Origin: a virus
Strand: one strand, 5' to 3'
Length of the DNA: 64,000 nucleotides
Virus record (IMG/VR): IMGVR_UViG_3300012936_000006
Coordinates: 1 to 64,000 of that record
Every line of letters begins with the position of its first letter. Position 1 is the stretch's first letter. Made by a program: the position numbers and the translations under genes. This document shows positions 1 through 9,608 of the stretch, piece after piece. The notes below the pieces were generated by a model. That model was not told the DNA's origin and made no database searches. It saw only the letters and a list, made by a program, of their open reading frames with translations.

Positions 1-834
1 CTTGAGTCTACTCTTGCTGATCCTTTTGGTAACGGCGACAGCGACGGCGACGGTATGAACATTCCAGAGATCGACATTAAGGTCGATTCGACTGCGATTA
101 CCGCAACCACTCGCAAGATGAAGGCGAAGTGGAGCCCTGAGCTTGGTCAGGACTTGAATGCTTATCACAACCTTGATGCAGAGGTTGAGCTTACTCAGGT
201 TCTTTCAGAGCAGATTGCTCTTGAAATCGACCAAGAGATCTTAAAGGATCTTATCACTCAGGCAAAGGCTGATACTCGTTATTGGTCGAGAGTTCCCGGT
301 CGTTTCCTTAACGCATCTACGGGTGCAGCTTTAGGTGACGCTGGCGGCGACTTCACCGGTACTGTATCTGAGTGGTATGAGACACTTATTGAGACAATCA
401 ATGATGTTTCTGCTCAGATTCACCGTAAGACGCTCCGTGGCGGTGCTAACTTCTTGGTCTGTGGACCAGAGGTTGCAAACATCCTTGAGTTCACCAGTGG
501 CTTCCGAGCTTCGGTAACTCACGATGACGATAGAGGTTCTGTCGGTGCGGTAAGAGAGGGTTCAATCAATAAGAAGTTTGACCTTTATGTTGATCCTTAC
601 TTCCCACGTCAGATTATTCTTGTCGGTCGTAAGGGTAGTTCATTCTTGGAGAGCGGTTTTGTTTACGCACCATATGTGCCACTTCAGACCACTCCTACCA
701 TTTTTGGACCAGAGGACTTCACCCCACGTAAGGGTGTTATGACTCGCTACGGCAAGAAGATGGTAAGACCAGATATGTACGGTCTTGTCGTTTGTCGTGA
801 CCTTGTGGACTCAACAGTACCACCAGCCGGATAA
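1..834 (+). CDS. gp23: Major capsid protein, T4 gp23-like (5'-truncated by window edge)
   Basis: Frame is open from base 1. Motifs RKMKAKWSPELGQDLNAYHNLDAEVEL, EIDQEI, YAPYVPL and GVMTRYG are typical of gp23. Confidence 0.95.
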   Translation, partial: LESTLADPFGNGDSDGDGMNIPEIDIKVDSTAITATTRKMKAKWSPELGQDLNAYHNLDAEVELTQVLSEQIALEIDQEILKDLITQAKADTRYWSRVPGRFLNASTGAALGDAGGDFTGTVSEWYETLIETINDVSAQIHRKTLRGGANFLVCGPEVANILEFTSGFRASVTHDDDRGSVGAVREGSINKKFDLYVDPYFPRQIILVGRKGSSFLESGFVYAPYVPLQTTPTIFGPEDFTPRKGVMTRYGKKMVRPDMYGLVVCRDLVDSTVPPAG

Positions 835-871
835 TCCAAAAATAGTTGACTAGTTCAACATCTTATAAAGT

Positions 872-913
872 AGCCCCGCTTAGATTTCGATCTTTGTCGG
901 GGCTTTCTTTTAT
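872..913 (+). terminator. Intrinsic terminator after capsid gene
   Basis: AGCCCCG(872-878)/CGGGGCT(898-904) stem with inner AGAT-TTCG-ATCT hairpin, followed by a T-rich tract. Confidence 0.75.
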
Positions 914-919
914 TTGTTA

Positions 920-928
920 ACTATTTAT
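920..928 (+). promoter_or_regulatory. Putative late promoter motif ACTATTTAT
   Basis: Exact 9-mer recurs intergenically at 920, 3653, 7287, 8013, 9211, 38423 and 55494, each just upstream of a virion or virion-like gene. Confidence 0.7.
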
Positions 929-950
929 ATTTACAGGAGGGGTGCATACT

Positions 951-2291
951 ATGTCAAGACCCGATTTAAATCCAAAAAGCCAACAGAGCAAGATTGCTCT
1001 TCCCGAGACTGGCAACGCCGACAATGTAGATTCAGCAGATTACCCCCTTCCGTTGGGAGTGTATACGTCAGATTTTTGGGAAGACTATCAAATTAATTCT
1101 TTTAAAAGAGGTGCAGCAGATCAAGTTTCTTATGTTTATAAAAAGCTTGGCGGTGATGTGCTGGATTTAGAGATGACGGAGGCGCAAGTTTATGCAGCCT
1201 ATGAAGAATCAGTATTAGAATATTCTTATTTAATTAATATCCACCAAGGCAAAAATGTTTTGTCAAATATCCTCGGTGCCTCAACAGGCAGTTTCGATGA
1301 GGATGGAGAAATGCTTAATCCCGGCGAAGACGGACGAGCTTCTAGCGATGTTGCTCCCGGCACAAATGTTAACTTAGCTTATCCTCGATTTGATTTTGCA
1401 TACGCTCGACGTATGGCAGACGGTATCTCCGAAGAAGTAAATGTTGGCGGTGGTGTAAATGTATACTCTGCTTCTTTTGACATTGACGCAGGGACACAAG
1501 ATTACGATTTACAAAGTATTTTAAAAAACAGTAACGAGTTTGGCGACGATCCCGATCACCCAGATTATATTAGAGCGGTTGGAGACAATAAAGTTATTAT
1601 TAAAAAGATTTATTATAAAACACCGAATGCCAGTTGGTTTTATTATGGAGCAGGCGGCGCAAATGTTATTGGAAACTGGCAGACCTACGGAGGCTTTGCC
1701 AACGACTCGTATTATCACGTCGTTCCCGTGTGGGAAACAAAGTTAAAGATGATAGAGTACGAGAGTAAACTTTACAACAGAGTTTCGCATTATTCGTTCG
1801 AGATTAAAAATAATAAACTTAGACTGTTTCCGATCCCTAATAGAAATCACCCACCAAAGATGTGGATGGAGTTCTCTGTAGGTGCGGATAACTGGTCTCA
1901 AGAACCGCTAGCTGATGGCGAGGCAAAAAGAGACATTGGATTATTTGGTATTAATAATTTAAACACCCTACCCTTTTCAAATGTTCCTTTTGATAAAATT
2001 AATTCTATCGGCAAACAGTGGATTAGAAGATTTGCGCTTTCTCTATGTAAAGAGATGCTGGGACATGTTAGAAGTAAGTTTGGCTCTATTCCGATTCCCG
2101 GTAATGATGTTCAGCTAAACGGTGGTGATTTAATTTCTGCTGGCAAAGAAGAACAAGAAGCTTTGCGAACCGAACTAAAAGAAGTTTTAGATGAATTAAC
2201 ATATGGCAAGTTAATTGAAGGAGATGCTGATGCTCTCGAAAACTCGAATAGGGTGATGGCTCAAATCCCAATGCCCATATTCACAGGATGA
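951..2291 (+). CDS. Neck/head-completion protein, T4 gp13-like
   Basis: AGGAGG SD before ATG 951. N-terminal YKKLGGDVLDLEMTEAQV and C-terminal WIRRFALSLCKEMLG..RSKF..LNGGDL..GKEE match the gp13 pattern; follows the capsid gene. Confidence 0.85.
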   Translation: MSRPDLNPKSQQSKIALPETGNADNVDSADYPLPLGVYTSDFWEDYQINSFKRGAADQVSYVYKKLGGDVLDLEMTEAQVYAAYEESVLEYSYLINIHQGKNVLSNILGASTGSFDEDGEMLNPGEDGRASSDVAPGTNVNLAYPRFDFAYARRMADGISEEVNVGGGVNVYSASFDIDAGTQDYDLQSILKNSNEFGDDPDHPDYIRAVGDNKVIIKKIYYKTPNASWFYYGAGGANVIGNWQTYGGFANDSYYHVVPVWETKLKMIEYESKLYNRVSHYSFEIKNNKLRLFPIPNRNHPPKMWMEFSVGADNWSQEPLADGEAKRDIGLFGINNLNTLPFSNVPFDKINSIGKQWIRRFALSLCKEMLGHVRSKFGSIPIPGNDVQLNGGDLISAGKEEQEALRTELKEVLDELTYGKLIEGDADALENSNRVMAQIPMPIFTG

Positions 2292-2300
2292 GGAACTTAA

Positions 2301-2792
2301 ATGTCTGATGATAATAAATGGGAACAGCCAGACGCTCCACCACCACCACTTTTTACAGGCAAGAAAGAGAGGGATCTGGTTAAGCAGGTGAACGATGAGC
2401 TTATCGAGCGTGTCATCGGTCAGACAGTTTTATATTACGCTATTTCTCAAGATAAAACAAACTATCATCCTTTATATGGCGAGGCTATACAAAAAACATT
2501 TTTGCCACCGATCAGGGTTCACGCCTTGGTTGAATATCAGGGCTCCGAAACAACGAGCACCAACTTTGGGTTGGACAAGAACAGAACAATAGCGGTCAAT
2601 TTTCACAAAAGAAGGCTTACAGAGGATCAAGATCTTTATGTAAGAGTGGGCGATTTTGTACAGTACGGTCAAAACCTATATGAGATTGTAAAACTCAGCG
2701 AACCAAGAGAGATGTTTGGTCAGGTGAGTAATAAAGTAGAGATCGTGGCGACATGCACGCAGGCAAGAGAGGGGCTATTCGATGGCAAATAA
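2301..2792 (+). CDS. Neck protein, T4 gp14-like (head closure)
   Basis: Synteny gp13-gp14-gp15-gp18; LYGEA and GDFVQYGQNLYEI motifs. Confidence 0.65.
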   Translation: MSDDNKWEQPDAPPPPLFTGKKERDLVKQVNDELIERVIGQTVLYYAISQDKTNYHPLYGEAIQKTFLPPIRVHALVEYQGSETTSTNFGLDKNRTIAVNFHKRRLTEDQDLYVRVGDFVQYGQNLYEIVKLSEPREMFGQVSNKVEIVATCTQAREGLFDGK

Positions 2793-3627
2793 GACAGAAG
2801 AAAAATTTACGAGCTTAACAATAAATCCTTGTGGTCTACAGACAATGGATGAAGCTATTTATAAATTCGTCAACGAAGATCTTAATATTTTTTGTACAAC
2901 TAATAAGGGATGGAAAAAAGTTTCTTGTCTTTGGTCTACAGCCGAGCGAGCAAGACAATCAAAGGGCGCAAGAGAAGCAAGAGACTCATCGGGTCAGTTG
3001 ATTTTACCGATCATGACAATTGAAAGAATTTCTGTTGTGAAAGATCCTGCTCGAAAAGGACCGTATTTTGCTAATGTTCCACCCACAGACAAAAGAGGTG
3101 GTTCTATTGTGATTGCAAAAAGAATCAATCAAGACAAAACAAAAAATTTCCAAAATGCACACTCTCTTAGAAAAAGAGGGCAAGTTAATTTTAAATTAGA
3201 AAAAAAGAATGACAAAGTTGTTTACCAGTATACAACGATTCCTCAGCCTACCTATGTTAACATTACTTACAAGGTTTCGATACGCACAGAATATCAGCAG
3301 CAGATGAATGAAATAATTCAACCTTTTATGGGTGTTGGAAAAAATATTAATTACCATTCTGTCTCTCACGAAGGTCACAAATTTGAGCTTTTTATTGGCT
3401 CTGACTTCACCCAGAGCAATAACTTGTCCGACATGGGTGAAGAAGAAAGAAAATTTCAAACCGATGTTGAGATAAAACTTATGGGCATGCTGATTGGCGA
3501 TGGACCTAATCAAGAGACACCAAAAGTCGTTATCACAGAAAACGCTGTAGAGGTTAAAATTCCTAGAGAAAGAGTAATGACCGACGAAAAACCCGGAGAA
3601 TGGGATAAATCTAAATTTAGGGGATAA
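2782..3627 (+). CDS. Tail terminator/sheath stabiliser, T4 gp15-like
   Basis: LPIMTIER and PTYVNITYKVSIRTEYQQQMNEII motifs; lies directly upstream of the sheath gene. Confidence 0.7.
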   Translation: MANKTEEKFTSLTINPCGLQTMDEAIYKFVNEDLNIFCTTNKGWKKVSCLWSTAERARQSKGAREARDSSGQLILPIMTIERISVVKDPARKGPYFANVPPTDKRGGSIVIAKRINQDKTKNFQNAHSLRKRGQVNFKLEKKNDKVVYQYTTIPQPTYVNITYKVSIRTEYQQQMNEIIQPFMGVGKNINYHSVSHEGHKFELFIGSDFTQSNNLSDMGEEERKFQTDVEIKLMGMLIGDGPNQETPKVVITENAVEVKIPRERVMTDEKPGEWDKSKFRG

Positions 3628-3652
3628 TTTAGTTCCTTTGGGGTTTTATCAT

Positions 3653-3661
3653 ACTATTTAT
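3653..3661 (+). promoter_or_regulatory. Putative late promoter motif ACTATTTAT (sheath gene)
   Basis: Exact motif in the intergenic gap upstream of the sheath ATG. Confidence 0.7.
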
Positions 3662-3738
3662 TAGAGAAATGGGTTTCAGGGAATTGTTCTGTTTAGCTCA
3701 TTGATTCATTAATCGAGAAATTAAGGAGAGATTTAAAA

Positions 3739-6700
3739 ATGTCAGTAAAGAAATTTAGATTTGTTTCACCCGGTGTTTTTATCAATGAGATTGATAACTC
3801 CCAGCTTCCCGCAAGAGCGGCAGGCATTGGACCAGTAGTTATTGGTCGATCTGAAAGAGGACCGTCGATGAGACCAGTAACTATAACTTCATTCTCAGAG
3901 TTCGTGGAAATGTTTGGTAACCCAATTCCCGGTGGCGAAGGTGGAGATATTTGGAGAGATGGTAACAGAACGGCACCCACCTATGGTGCGTATGCTGCTC
4001 AGGCTTACCTTCGAAGCAGTTCGCCGCTTACCTTTATCAGACTCTTAGGACACGAGCACGAAGACGCAACCGCAGCCGGTGCTGCTGGTTGGGCGATGGC
4101 AGACGGCGCATATGGTCTGTTTGTCGGATCGATGGTTAACGCAGCCGATGATTCTGAGGGAGGTGTAGCAGAAGTTCCAGCCGTTCCCGCCACAGCTTCT
4201 ATTTTGAGTGACGATATTTTACTTACAGCAGACGTTGCTGGCACAGCAGTAAACGGAAGAACCGTTACAGCTAGTGTTGTAGAAGAAGACCTTGGAGCCG
4301 GTAACCCTGCGACAGCCACTGTTACTATCGATGGCGATAGCAATATTACAATTGTCGTAAGAAACAATACAGATGCTGCGTCCGCTCCACCTTCCCCTGC
4401 TGCTCTTACAAAGACAGAGTTGGTGGACGCTATCAATGCGGCTCCCGGCATGTTTGCCGAGGCTTCATTAGCTGGCGCAGCCGGTGAACTTGCGCCTGCC
4501 GCACCTGCCGTTGTTCCTTTTGGTGGCGGTGCAGACGTTGTACCAGCAGTCGATGCAGTTGCAGACGGACCAGATGAGAATTTTGATATGCACCTTGCAG
4601 CAGTTGTTTACTCTGTTGATGGTGGTCTTGGTCTTTCTGGCAAGAATCTTGCAGGTGCCGATGTAAGTCAAAGCCTTGGCGAGTTTGTAAAGTGTCAGGG
4701 TACCGATGGTGAAGTTAAGATTTCTGTTGACAATAGCGACGGCGACCTTGTTAACTATAGTGTCAACTTTAACACAGGCTCCAAGAAATATATCAGAAAA
4801 GTCCTTAATACGAATCCAACACTCACAAACGAGAGTCACACTCGTCCAGAAGGCGTCGAGATGCACTTTTTGGGTGAGACATTTGATTCGTTTATTGCTG
4901 CCCAAGGTGACGATCTTCCGGGTGCTGACGACGGTGTAGCTATGCTAGTGAAACTTAACGGTGCTAGCGGCAAGCTTGATAAGGGTGATCACGCTCAAGG
5001 TGCTCAAGGACCAAAGTCAGGGTGGATTATCAGCCAACATAAGGGTTCTTTTGGAGATCACGAAGTTAATGCAGCAACAGGTCACTACAGGTCTGGTGTT
5101 ACAAAGTTGTTTAGAATTGAAGGTCTAGATGATGGTGCATGGGCTAGTCAAAACCTGAAGGTTGAGATTTCAAACATTAAAGCTTCTGACGATGACTTTA
5201 ATGCCTACGGTTCTTTTACCGTTACTCTTAGAAAAGCTGGCGACAGTGATCAAGCTCCACAGTATGTTGAGAGATACACTTCTGTAAACTTAAACCCAGC
5301 ATCAACAGATTATATTGCAAGAAGAATTGGTGATATGCGATCTGAGTGGAGTTATTCAGAGGGTCGATACAGAATGCTGGGTCAGTATCCAAGCCTTTCA
5401 CGGTTCATTCGTGTTGTTATGAATGAAGATGTGGACGCTGGTGTTGCAGATCCTGACTTGGTGCCGTTTGGTTTCATGGGACCACCAGCCCCTAGAACAG
5501 TTCAGATTAGTGTCGTAAAGGGTGGAGGTATTTCAGCTTCTGCAATCGCAGGTGCTGGTGATGGTACCCTTGGACAACATGCAATTGATAGTGCTGCTGC
5601 TGATCTTGTACATCCCGGTACAAACAGCTTCACTGCAAACCTTATTTTCCCATCTCAGGCATGCCGACAGGACTCGGAGCAGGGTAGATTATCATCGGGC
5701 GACTTGGCATCTTTTGGTGCATCAGCGAACGATGAGGGTGCAATTAGAGCAGATAAGTCTTTTGGCGAGCTTCTACATCCATACGGTGCTGGAATTTCCA
5801 ACCATGACGGAGAGAGCTTGCAGGATGGCACGATGTTGACGAGATCAGCATTAAGGTGTGCAAGCACTTTTGATGTTACTTCAAACCTTGTTCAACTTGA
5901 TGCCGGTGTGACTCAGGCTGTTATCAACGGTGCTGCTGGTGTCATTGAGCATGACTCTGCTGGTGCAGTTGCCGTAGTTCCTTGCTTTACGCTTGATGAC
6001 TTGGTTATGAAGCCTGTAGCGTCGGGTGCCGGTGTAACAAAGCCAAGCAGACAGCACGTACAATGGAGACCGGGCGCACGCCGTGCAGGTGCTTCGATTT
6101 CAGTTCTCGGTGACACATTCACATTGGCAGACGGTGAGACAGACTGGACCAGCACAGACCCGAAGGATCTTAGAGATGCTGAGGCTTCTGCCGAGGCTTC
6201 AGGTGACTACAAGGATGTTCTTCAGCACGGGTTCGACTCTTTCTGCTTACCACTTGTCGGTGGTTGTGATGGTGTTGATATTACGCAAAAAGAACCATTC
6301 TCAGAAGCTGAATTGGCTGATGGGTCACCAGAAACAAGCTATGCTTATAACTCGGTAAAGCGTGCAATCGACACAATTCGAGACCCAGAGGTCGTCGAGT
6401 GTAACATTGCTGCCGTTCCGGGTGTTTGTAATGAGAGTTTGACAAATCACTTGCTGACAGTTTGTGAAGCAAGAGCAGACGCACTAGCGGTTATCGACAT
6501 TAAAGGCGACTATCAGCCTAGTACCGATAATACATCGCCAGAAAGATTGCGCCTACCTAACGTCCGTGATGCTGTTAGAAGCATGAAGGACAGAAGACTT
6601 AATTCTTCTTACGGTTGTGCTTACTTCCCATGGGTTCAGATTAGAGATCAAATCAGTGATGCTGTTCTTTGGGCTCCACCATCGGTTGTAGCACTAGGTA

Positions 6701-7251
6701 CAATGTCTAGTTCTCAGAAGAAGACTGAGGTTTGGTTTGCTCCTGCTGGTTTCAACAGAGGTGGACTAACCGAGGGTTCTGCGGGACTTCCAGTACCACA
6801 GGTTCGATATAGACTTACTTCGAAGGAGCGTGATTCTCTTTACGAAGCAAATATTAACCCGATTGCTACGTTCCCATCAGAGGGTATTGTAATTTTCGGT
6901 CAGAAGACTCTTCAGGTGACTCCATCTGCATTGGATAGAATTAATGTTCGACGCTTGATGATTTTCTTGAAGAAAGAAGTTTCTCGAATTGCTTCAACGA
7001 TTCTGTTTGATCCAAACGTAGAGACAACGTGGCAGAGATTTACTGCCCAAGTTGAGCCATTCTTGGCTTCTGTTAAATCAAGATTTGGTCTAACGGAGTT
7101 CCGAGTAATTCTTGACGAGACAACGACAACTCCTGACCTTGTAGACAGAAACATTCTTTATGCAAAGATTATGTTGAAGCCTGCGAGAGCAATCGAGTTT
7201 ATTGCACTTGATTTCGTAATCACACGTTCTGGTGCATCATTTGATGATTAA
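3739..7251 (+). CDS. gp18: Contractile tail sheath protein, gp18-like (1170 aa)
   Basis: N-terminal SPGVFINEID; C-terminal WFAPAGFNRG, INPIATF, FGQKTLQ..SALDRINVRRL, KPARAIEFI. Confidence 0.97.
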   Translation: MSVKKFRFVSPGVFINEIDNSQLPARAAGIGPVVIGRSERGPSMRPVTITSFSEFVEMFGNPIPGGEGGDIWRDGNRTAPTYGAYAAQAYLRSSSPLTFIRLLGHEHEDATAAGAAGWAMADGAYGLFVGSMVNAADDSEGGVAEVPAVPATASILSDDILLTADVAGTAVNGRTVTASVVEEDLGAGNPATATVTIDGDSNITIVVRNNTDAASAPPSPAALTKTELVDAINAAPGMFAEASLAGAAGELAPAAPAVVPFGGGADVVPAVDAVADGPDENFDMHLAAVVYSVDGGLGLSGKNLAGADVSQSLGEFVKCQGTDGEVKISVDNSDGDLVNYSVNFNTGSKKYIRKVLNTNPTLTNESHTRPEGVEMHFLGETFDSFIAAQGDDLPGADDGVAMLVKLNGASGKLDKGDHAQGAQGPKSGWIISQHKGSFGDHEVNAATGHYRSGVTKLFRIEGLDDGAWASQNLKVEISNIKASDDDFNAYGSFTVTLRKAGDSDQAPQYVERYTSVNLNPASTDYIARRIGDMRSEWSYSEGRYRMLGQYPSLSRFIRVVMNEDVDAGVADPDLVPFGFMGPPAPRTVQISVVKGGGISASAIAGAGDGTLGQHAIDSAAADLVHPGTNSFTANLIFPSQACRQDSEQGRLSSGDLASFGASANDEGAIRADKSFGELLHPYGAGISNHDGESLQDGTMLTRSALRCASTFDVTSNLVQLDAGVTQAVINGAAGVIEHDSAGAVAVVPCFTLDDLVMKPVASGAGVTKPSRQHVQWRPGARRAGASISVLGDTFTLADGETDWTSTDPKDLRDAEASAEASGDYKDVLQHGFDSFCLPLVGGCDGVDITQKEPFSEAELADGSPETSYAYNSVKRAIDTIRDPEVVECNIAAVPGVCNESLTNHLLTVCEARADALAVIDIKGDYQPSTDNTSPERLRLPNVRDAVRSMKDRRLNSSYGCAYFPWVQIRDQISDAVLWAPPSVVALGTMSSSQKKTEVWFAPAGFNRGGLTEGSAGLPVPQVRYRLTSKERDSLYEANINPIATFPSEGIVIFGQKTLQVTPSALDRINVRRLMIFLKKEVSRIASTILFDPNVETTWQRFTAQVEPFLASVKSRFGLTEFRVILDETTTTPDLVDRNILYAKIMLKPARAIEFIALDFVITRSGASFDD

Positions 7252-7261
7252 AAATAAATAT

Positions 7262-7295
7262 GTGGGGGGGATTTAGTTTCCCCCCCACTATTTAT
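7262..7295 (+). promoter_or_regulatory. G/C hairpin overlapping late motif (terminator or processing site plus promoter)
   Basis: GTGGGGGGGA(7262-7271)/TCCCCCCCAC(7279-7288); the 3' arm runs into ACTATTTAT at 7287-7295. Confidence 0.65.
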
Positions 7296-7349
7296 ATTAG
7301 TGAACGCTATTAAGCGACAACGAATTAACTTTTAAGAGAGGATATAAAA

Positions 7350-7955
7350 ATGGGTTTTTGGTCAGATTCACAGCAAGTAGATCCAAAGAGAGCATATCGA
7401 TGGGTATTAAGAGTAGGTACAATTCCAACCTACACATTAAAAAAGGTTACGAAGCCTTCGTTTACGGTTACCGAGACGGGACATAAGTATTTAAATCATA
7501 CTTACTACTATCCCGGTAGAGTCGAATGGCAGACAGTTTCTTTTACTATTGCAGACCCTGTAAACCCGGACATGGCTATCAGTGTAGCTAACATTATCAA
7601 GAATTCTGGTTATTCACCCGCTCAAGCAGACGGCGACCTAAAGACAATGAGTAAGAAGAAAGCCGTAGGCGCATTGGGTAATAAGATTGACATTGTTCAA
7701 CTTGACGCCGAAGGAGAAGCTATTGAAACTTGGACCCTCATTAATCCTTGGATTAAAGATGTTAAGTACGGTGAGCTAGACTATGAATCAGATGATATTA
7801 CAAACATTGAAGTAGAAGTTCGGTACGACTGGGCAAGCTGCAAAACTAGAAACAATCCTTATTCTGGAGCCGGTGGAACCAATCAGGTTTGGACTGACGG
7901 GTCTGCCGGTGACGAAGCCCGAGATGTAGCAGATCTTAATACATCGGATACATAA
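7350..7955 (+). CDS. gp19: Tail tube protein, gp19-like
   Basis: DPKRAYRW, YYPGRVEWQTVSFT, WTLINPWIKDVKYGELDY and VRYDWA motifs; follows the sheath gene. Confidence 0.92.
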   Translation: MGFWSDSQQVDPKRAYRWVLRVGTIPTYTLKKVTKPSFTVTETGHKYLNHTYYYPGRVEWQTVSFTIADPVNPDMAISVANIIKNSGYSPAQADGDLKTMSKKKAVGALGNKIDIVQLDAEGEAIETWTLINPWIKDVKYGELDYESDDITNIEVEVRYDWASCKTRNNPYSGAGGTNQVWTDGSAGDEARDVADLNTSDT

Positions 7956-7997
7956 TAATAAGTTTAACAAAAGTAACAATTTTTGCTAAAATTAAAG

Positions 7998-8040
7998 AAA
8001 ATCCCCGTTTATACTATTTATATGTAGACGGGGATTTTTT
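7998..8040 (+). terminator. Terminator hairpin with the late motif in its loop
   Basis: AAAATCCCCGTTTATA(7998-8013)/TGTAGACGGGGATTTT(8023-8038) plus T tract; ACTATTTAT at 8013-8021. Confidence 0.75.
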
Positions 8041-8063
8041 ATTCTTAACAATACGAGGTAGAT

Positions 8064-8963
8064 ATGAGTCAAAGAAAAAACGAAGACAGGATTGGTTCTC
8101 CAAACCTAGATTCAAATGTTCCACCCACTCCTGAGACAATGGGCTTGCCGCCCGTACCTGAGCATTTAGCACAAAATCAGACTACAAACTCTTTAACATT
8201 CGTTGCCCCGACCGAATTTGTAGAGCTTCCGTCTGGTGGAAGGTTTTATCAAGAGGGTCACCCACTTTATAAGCAAGAAGTTATTGAAGTGAGGCACATG
8301 ACGGCAAAAGAAGAAGATATTTTAACTTCTCAATCCCTGTTGAAAAAGGGAGTTGCTTTAGATAGATTTTTACAAAGCTTAATTGTAGACAAGCGCATTC
8401 GAACGGATGATCTTCTGGTGGGAGATAAAAACGCTGTCTTGATTAACGCAAGGGTAAACGGTTATGGAGAAGATTACAACACCAGTGTTACTTGTCCGAA
8501 CTGTGGAACCAAGTCCAGATTTAATTTCGACCTAGAAAACAAGACTGTACAGACAGGTCGAGAACATCTGGAAGAACTAGAGGGTGTTCAAGTCAACGAT
8601 ACGACTGTTAACATTATTCTTCCCACAACGGGTTGGAATTTTGAATGTCGTCCAATGACAGGGGCAGACGAAAAGGCTTTACAGAAGTCTGTAGAAACTC
8701 GTCGTAAAAGAAAGCTTTCAGAAGATATGCTGACCCAGCAAATCACAATGTTTACTGTATCAATTTCTGGCGTAACTGATCGTGTGCAAATTATTCAAGC
8801 TGTTAATAGTTTGCCAGCACGAGACTCCCGGCATCTACGTCAGACATACCAGAAGCTAATGCCAAACCTTGATTTAACTCAATCGTTTGACTGTAGCGAA
8901 TGTGGGCATGCTGGGGATATGGAGGTTCCGTTTACGACGGACTTTTTTTGGCCTAAGCAGTAA
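8064..8963 (+). CDS. Baseplate hub assembly/tail assembly chaperone (T4 gp26-like) with two CxxC pairs
   Basis: VELPSGG, MTAKEEDIL, GDKNAVL..ARVNGYG, CPNCG and CSECG motifs; ends FFWP. Confidence 0.8.
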   Translation: MSQRKNEDRIGSPNLDSNVPPTPETMGLPPVPEHLAQNQTTNSLTFVAPTEFVELPSGGRFYQEGHPLYKQEVIEVRHMTAKEEDILTSQSLLKKGVALDRFLQSLIVDKRIRTDDLLVGDKNAVLINARVNGYGEDYNTSVTCPNCGTKSRFNFDLENKTVQTGREHLEELEGVQVNDTTVNIILPTTGWNFECRPMTGADEKALQKSVETRRKRKLSEDMLTQQITMFTVSISGVTDRVQIIQAVNSLPARDSRHLRQTYQKLMPNLDLTQSFDCSECGHAGDMEVPFTTDFFWPKQ

Positions 8964-9141
8964 CTATATGGAAGGCGTCTATGAGCAATTCTTTTTCTTA
9001 AAATATTATGGTGGTTGGAGCTTTATCGAGGCTTATAATCTCCCCGTTGGTTTGCGTAAGTGGTTTGTAAAAAGATTATCTGACCAAATGGAAAAAGAAA
9101 AAGAAGCTATGGAAAAAGCTAACCGAAAAGGCAGGAGATAA
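8944..9141 (+). CDS. Second tail-assembly chaperone domain, probably reached by frameshift (own ATG at 8968 lacks a clear SD)
   Basis: EQFFFLKYYGGWSFIEAYNLPVGLRKWF resembles gpT/gp51-type chaperone C-domains; overlaps the upstream ORF at a T7 run. Confidence 0.65.
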   Translation, partial: FFGLSSNYMEGVYEQFFFLKYYGGWSFIEAYNLPVGLRKWFVKRLSDQMEKEKEAMEKANRKGRR

Positions 9142-9156
9142 TCTCCTTAAAAAATT

Positions 9157-9200
9157 AAAAAGGGGGGGTAGGCTGTTTTGTGTCTATTCTCCCTTTTTTA
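9157..9200 (+). terminator. Intrinsic terminator
   Basis: AAAAGGGGGGGTAGGC/GTCTATTCTCCCTTTT stem (several G-U pairs) followed by Ts. Confidence 0.7.
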
Positions 9201-9210
9201 TATTAACAAG

Positions 9211-9219
9211 ACTATTTAT
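9211..9219 (+). promoter_or_regulatory. Putative late promoter motif ACTATTTAT
   Basis: Exact motif immediately after the terminator, upstream of the 9251 ORF and tape measure gene. Confidence 0.7.
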
Positions 9220-9250
9220 ATTAGAATTAACTTTGTTTGGAGGATACCAG

Positions 9251-9589
9251 ATGAATCAGCATGACGGTGATTTACAACCAATTGAAATTGACCTTGACAT
9301 TATGAACAAGGGAGAACTCAACGAAAGTTGGCTTTCTATGTTCGGAGGGGCAATTTCTGCAATTATGTCTAGAATGTTCGGAGGTGCTGCAATCCCAGTT
9401 AAGATTCGTGGCAATAAAGATCAGGTCAGGGATTTTGCTAAGACAATCGGTAGAGAAAAAAAATATATTAGAAGTGCTGCAAAATATGGTTTAAACGATC
9501 CTAAGACATATAAGGATAAGTTTAATCTTCGACAGTCAATTAAAAAGTTTGAGAGATCTACGGGGCTTAAATGGCCATTTAAAAACTAA
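9251..9589 (+). CDS. Hypothetical late protein
   Basis: GGAGG SD before ATG 9251; contains an LNE potential prohead-protease site; no family recognised. Confidence 0.75.
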   Translation: MNQHDGDLQPIEIDLDIMNKGELNESWLSMFGGAISAIMSRMFGGAAIPVKIRGNKDQVRDFAKTIGREKKYIRSAAKYGLNDPKTYKDKFNLRQSIKKFERSTGLKWPFKN

Positions 9590-9608
9590 TATGTGAGGTG
9601 CGCTTTGA

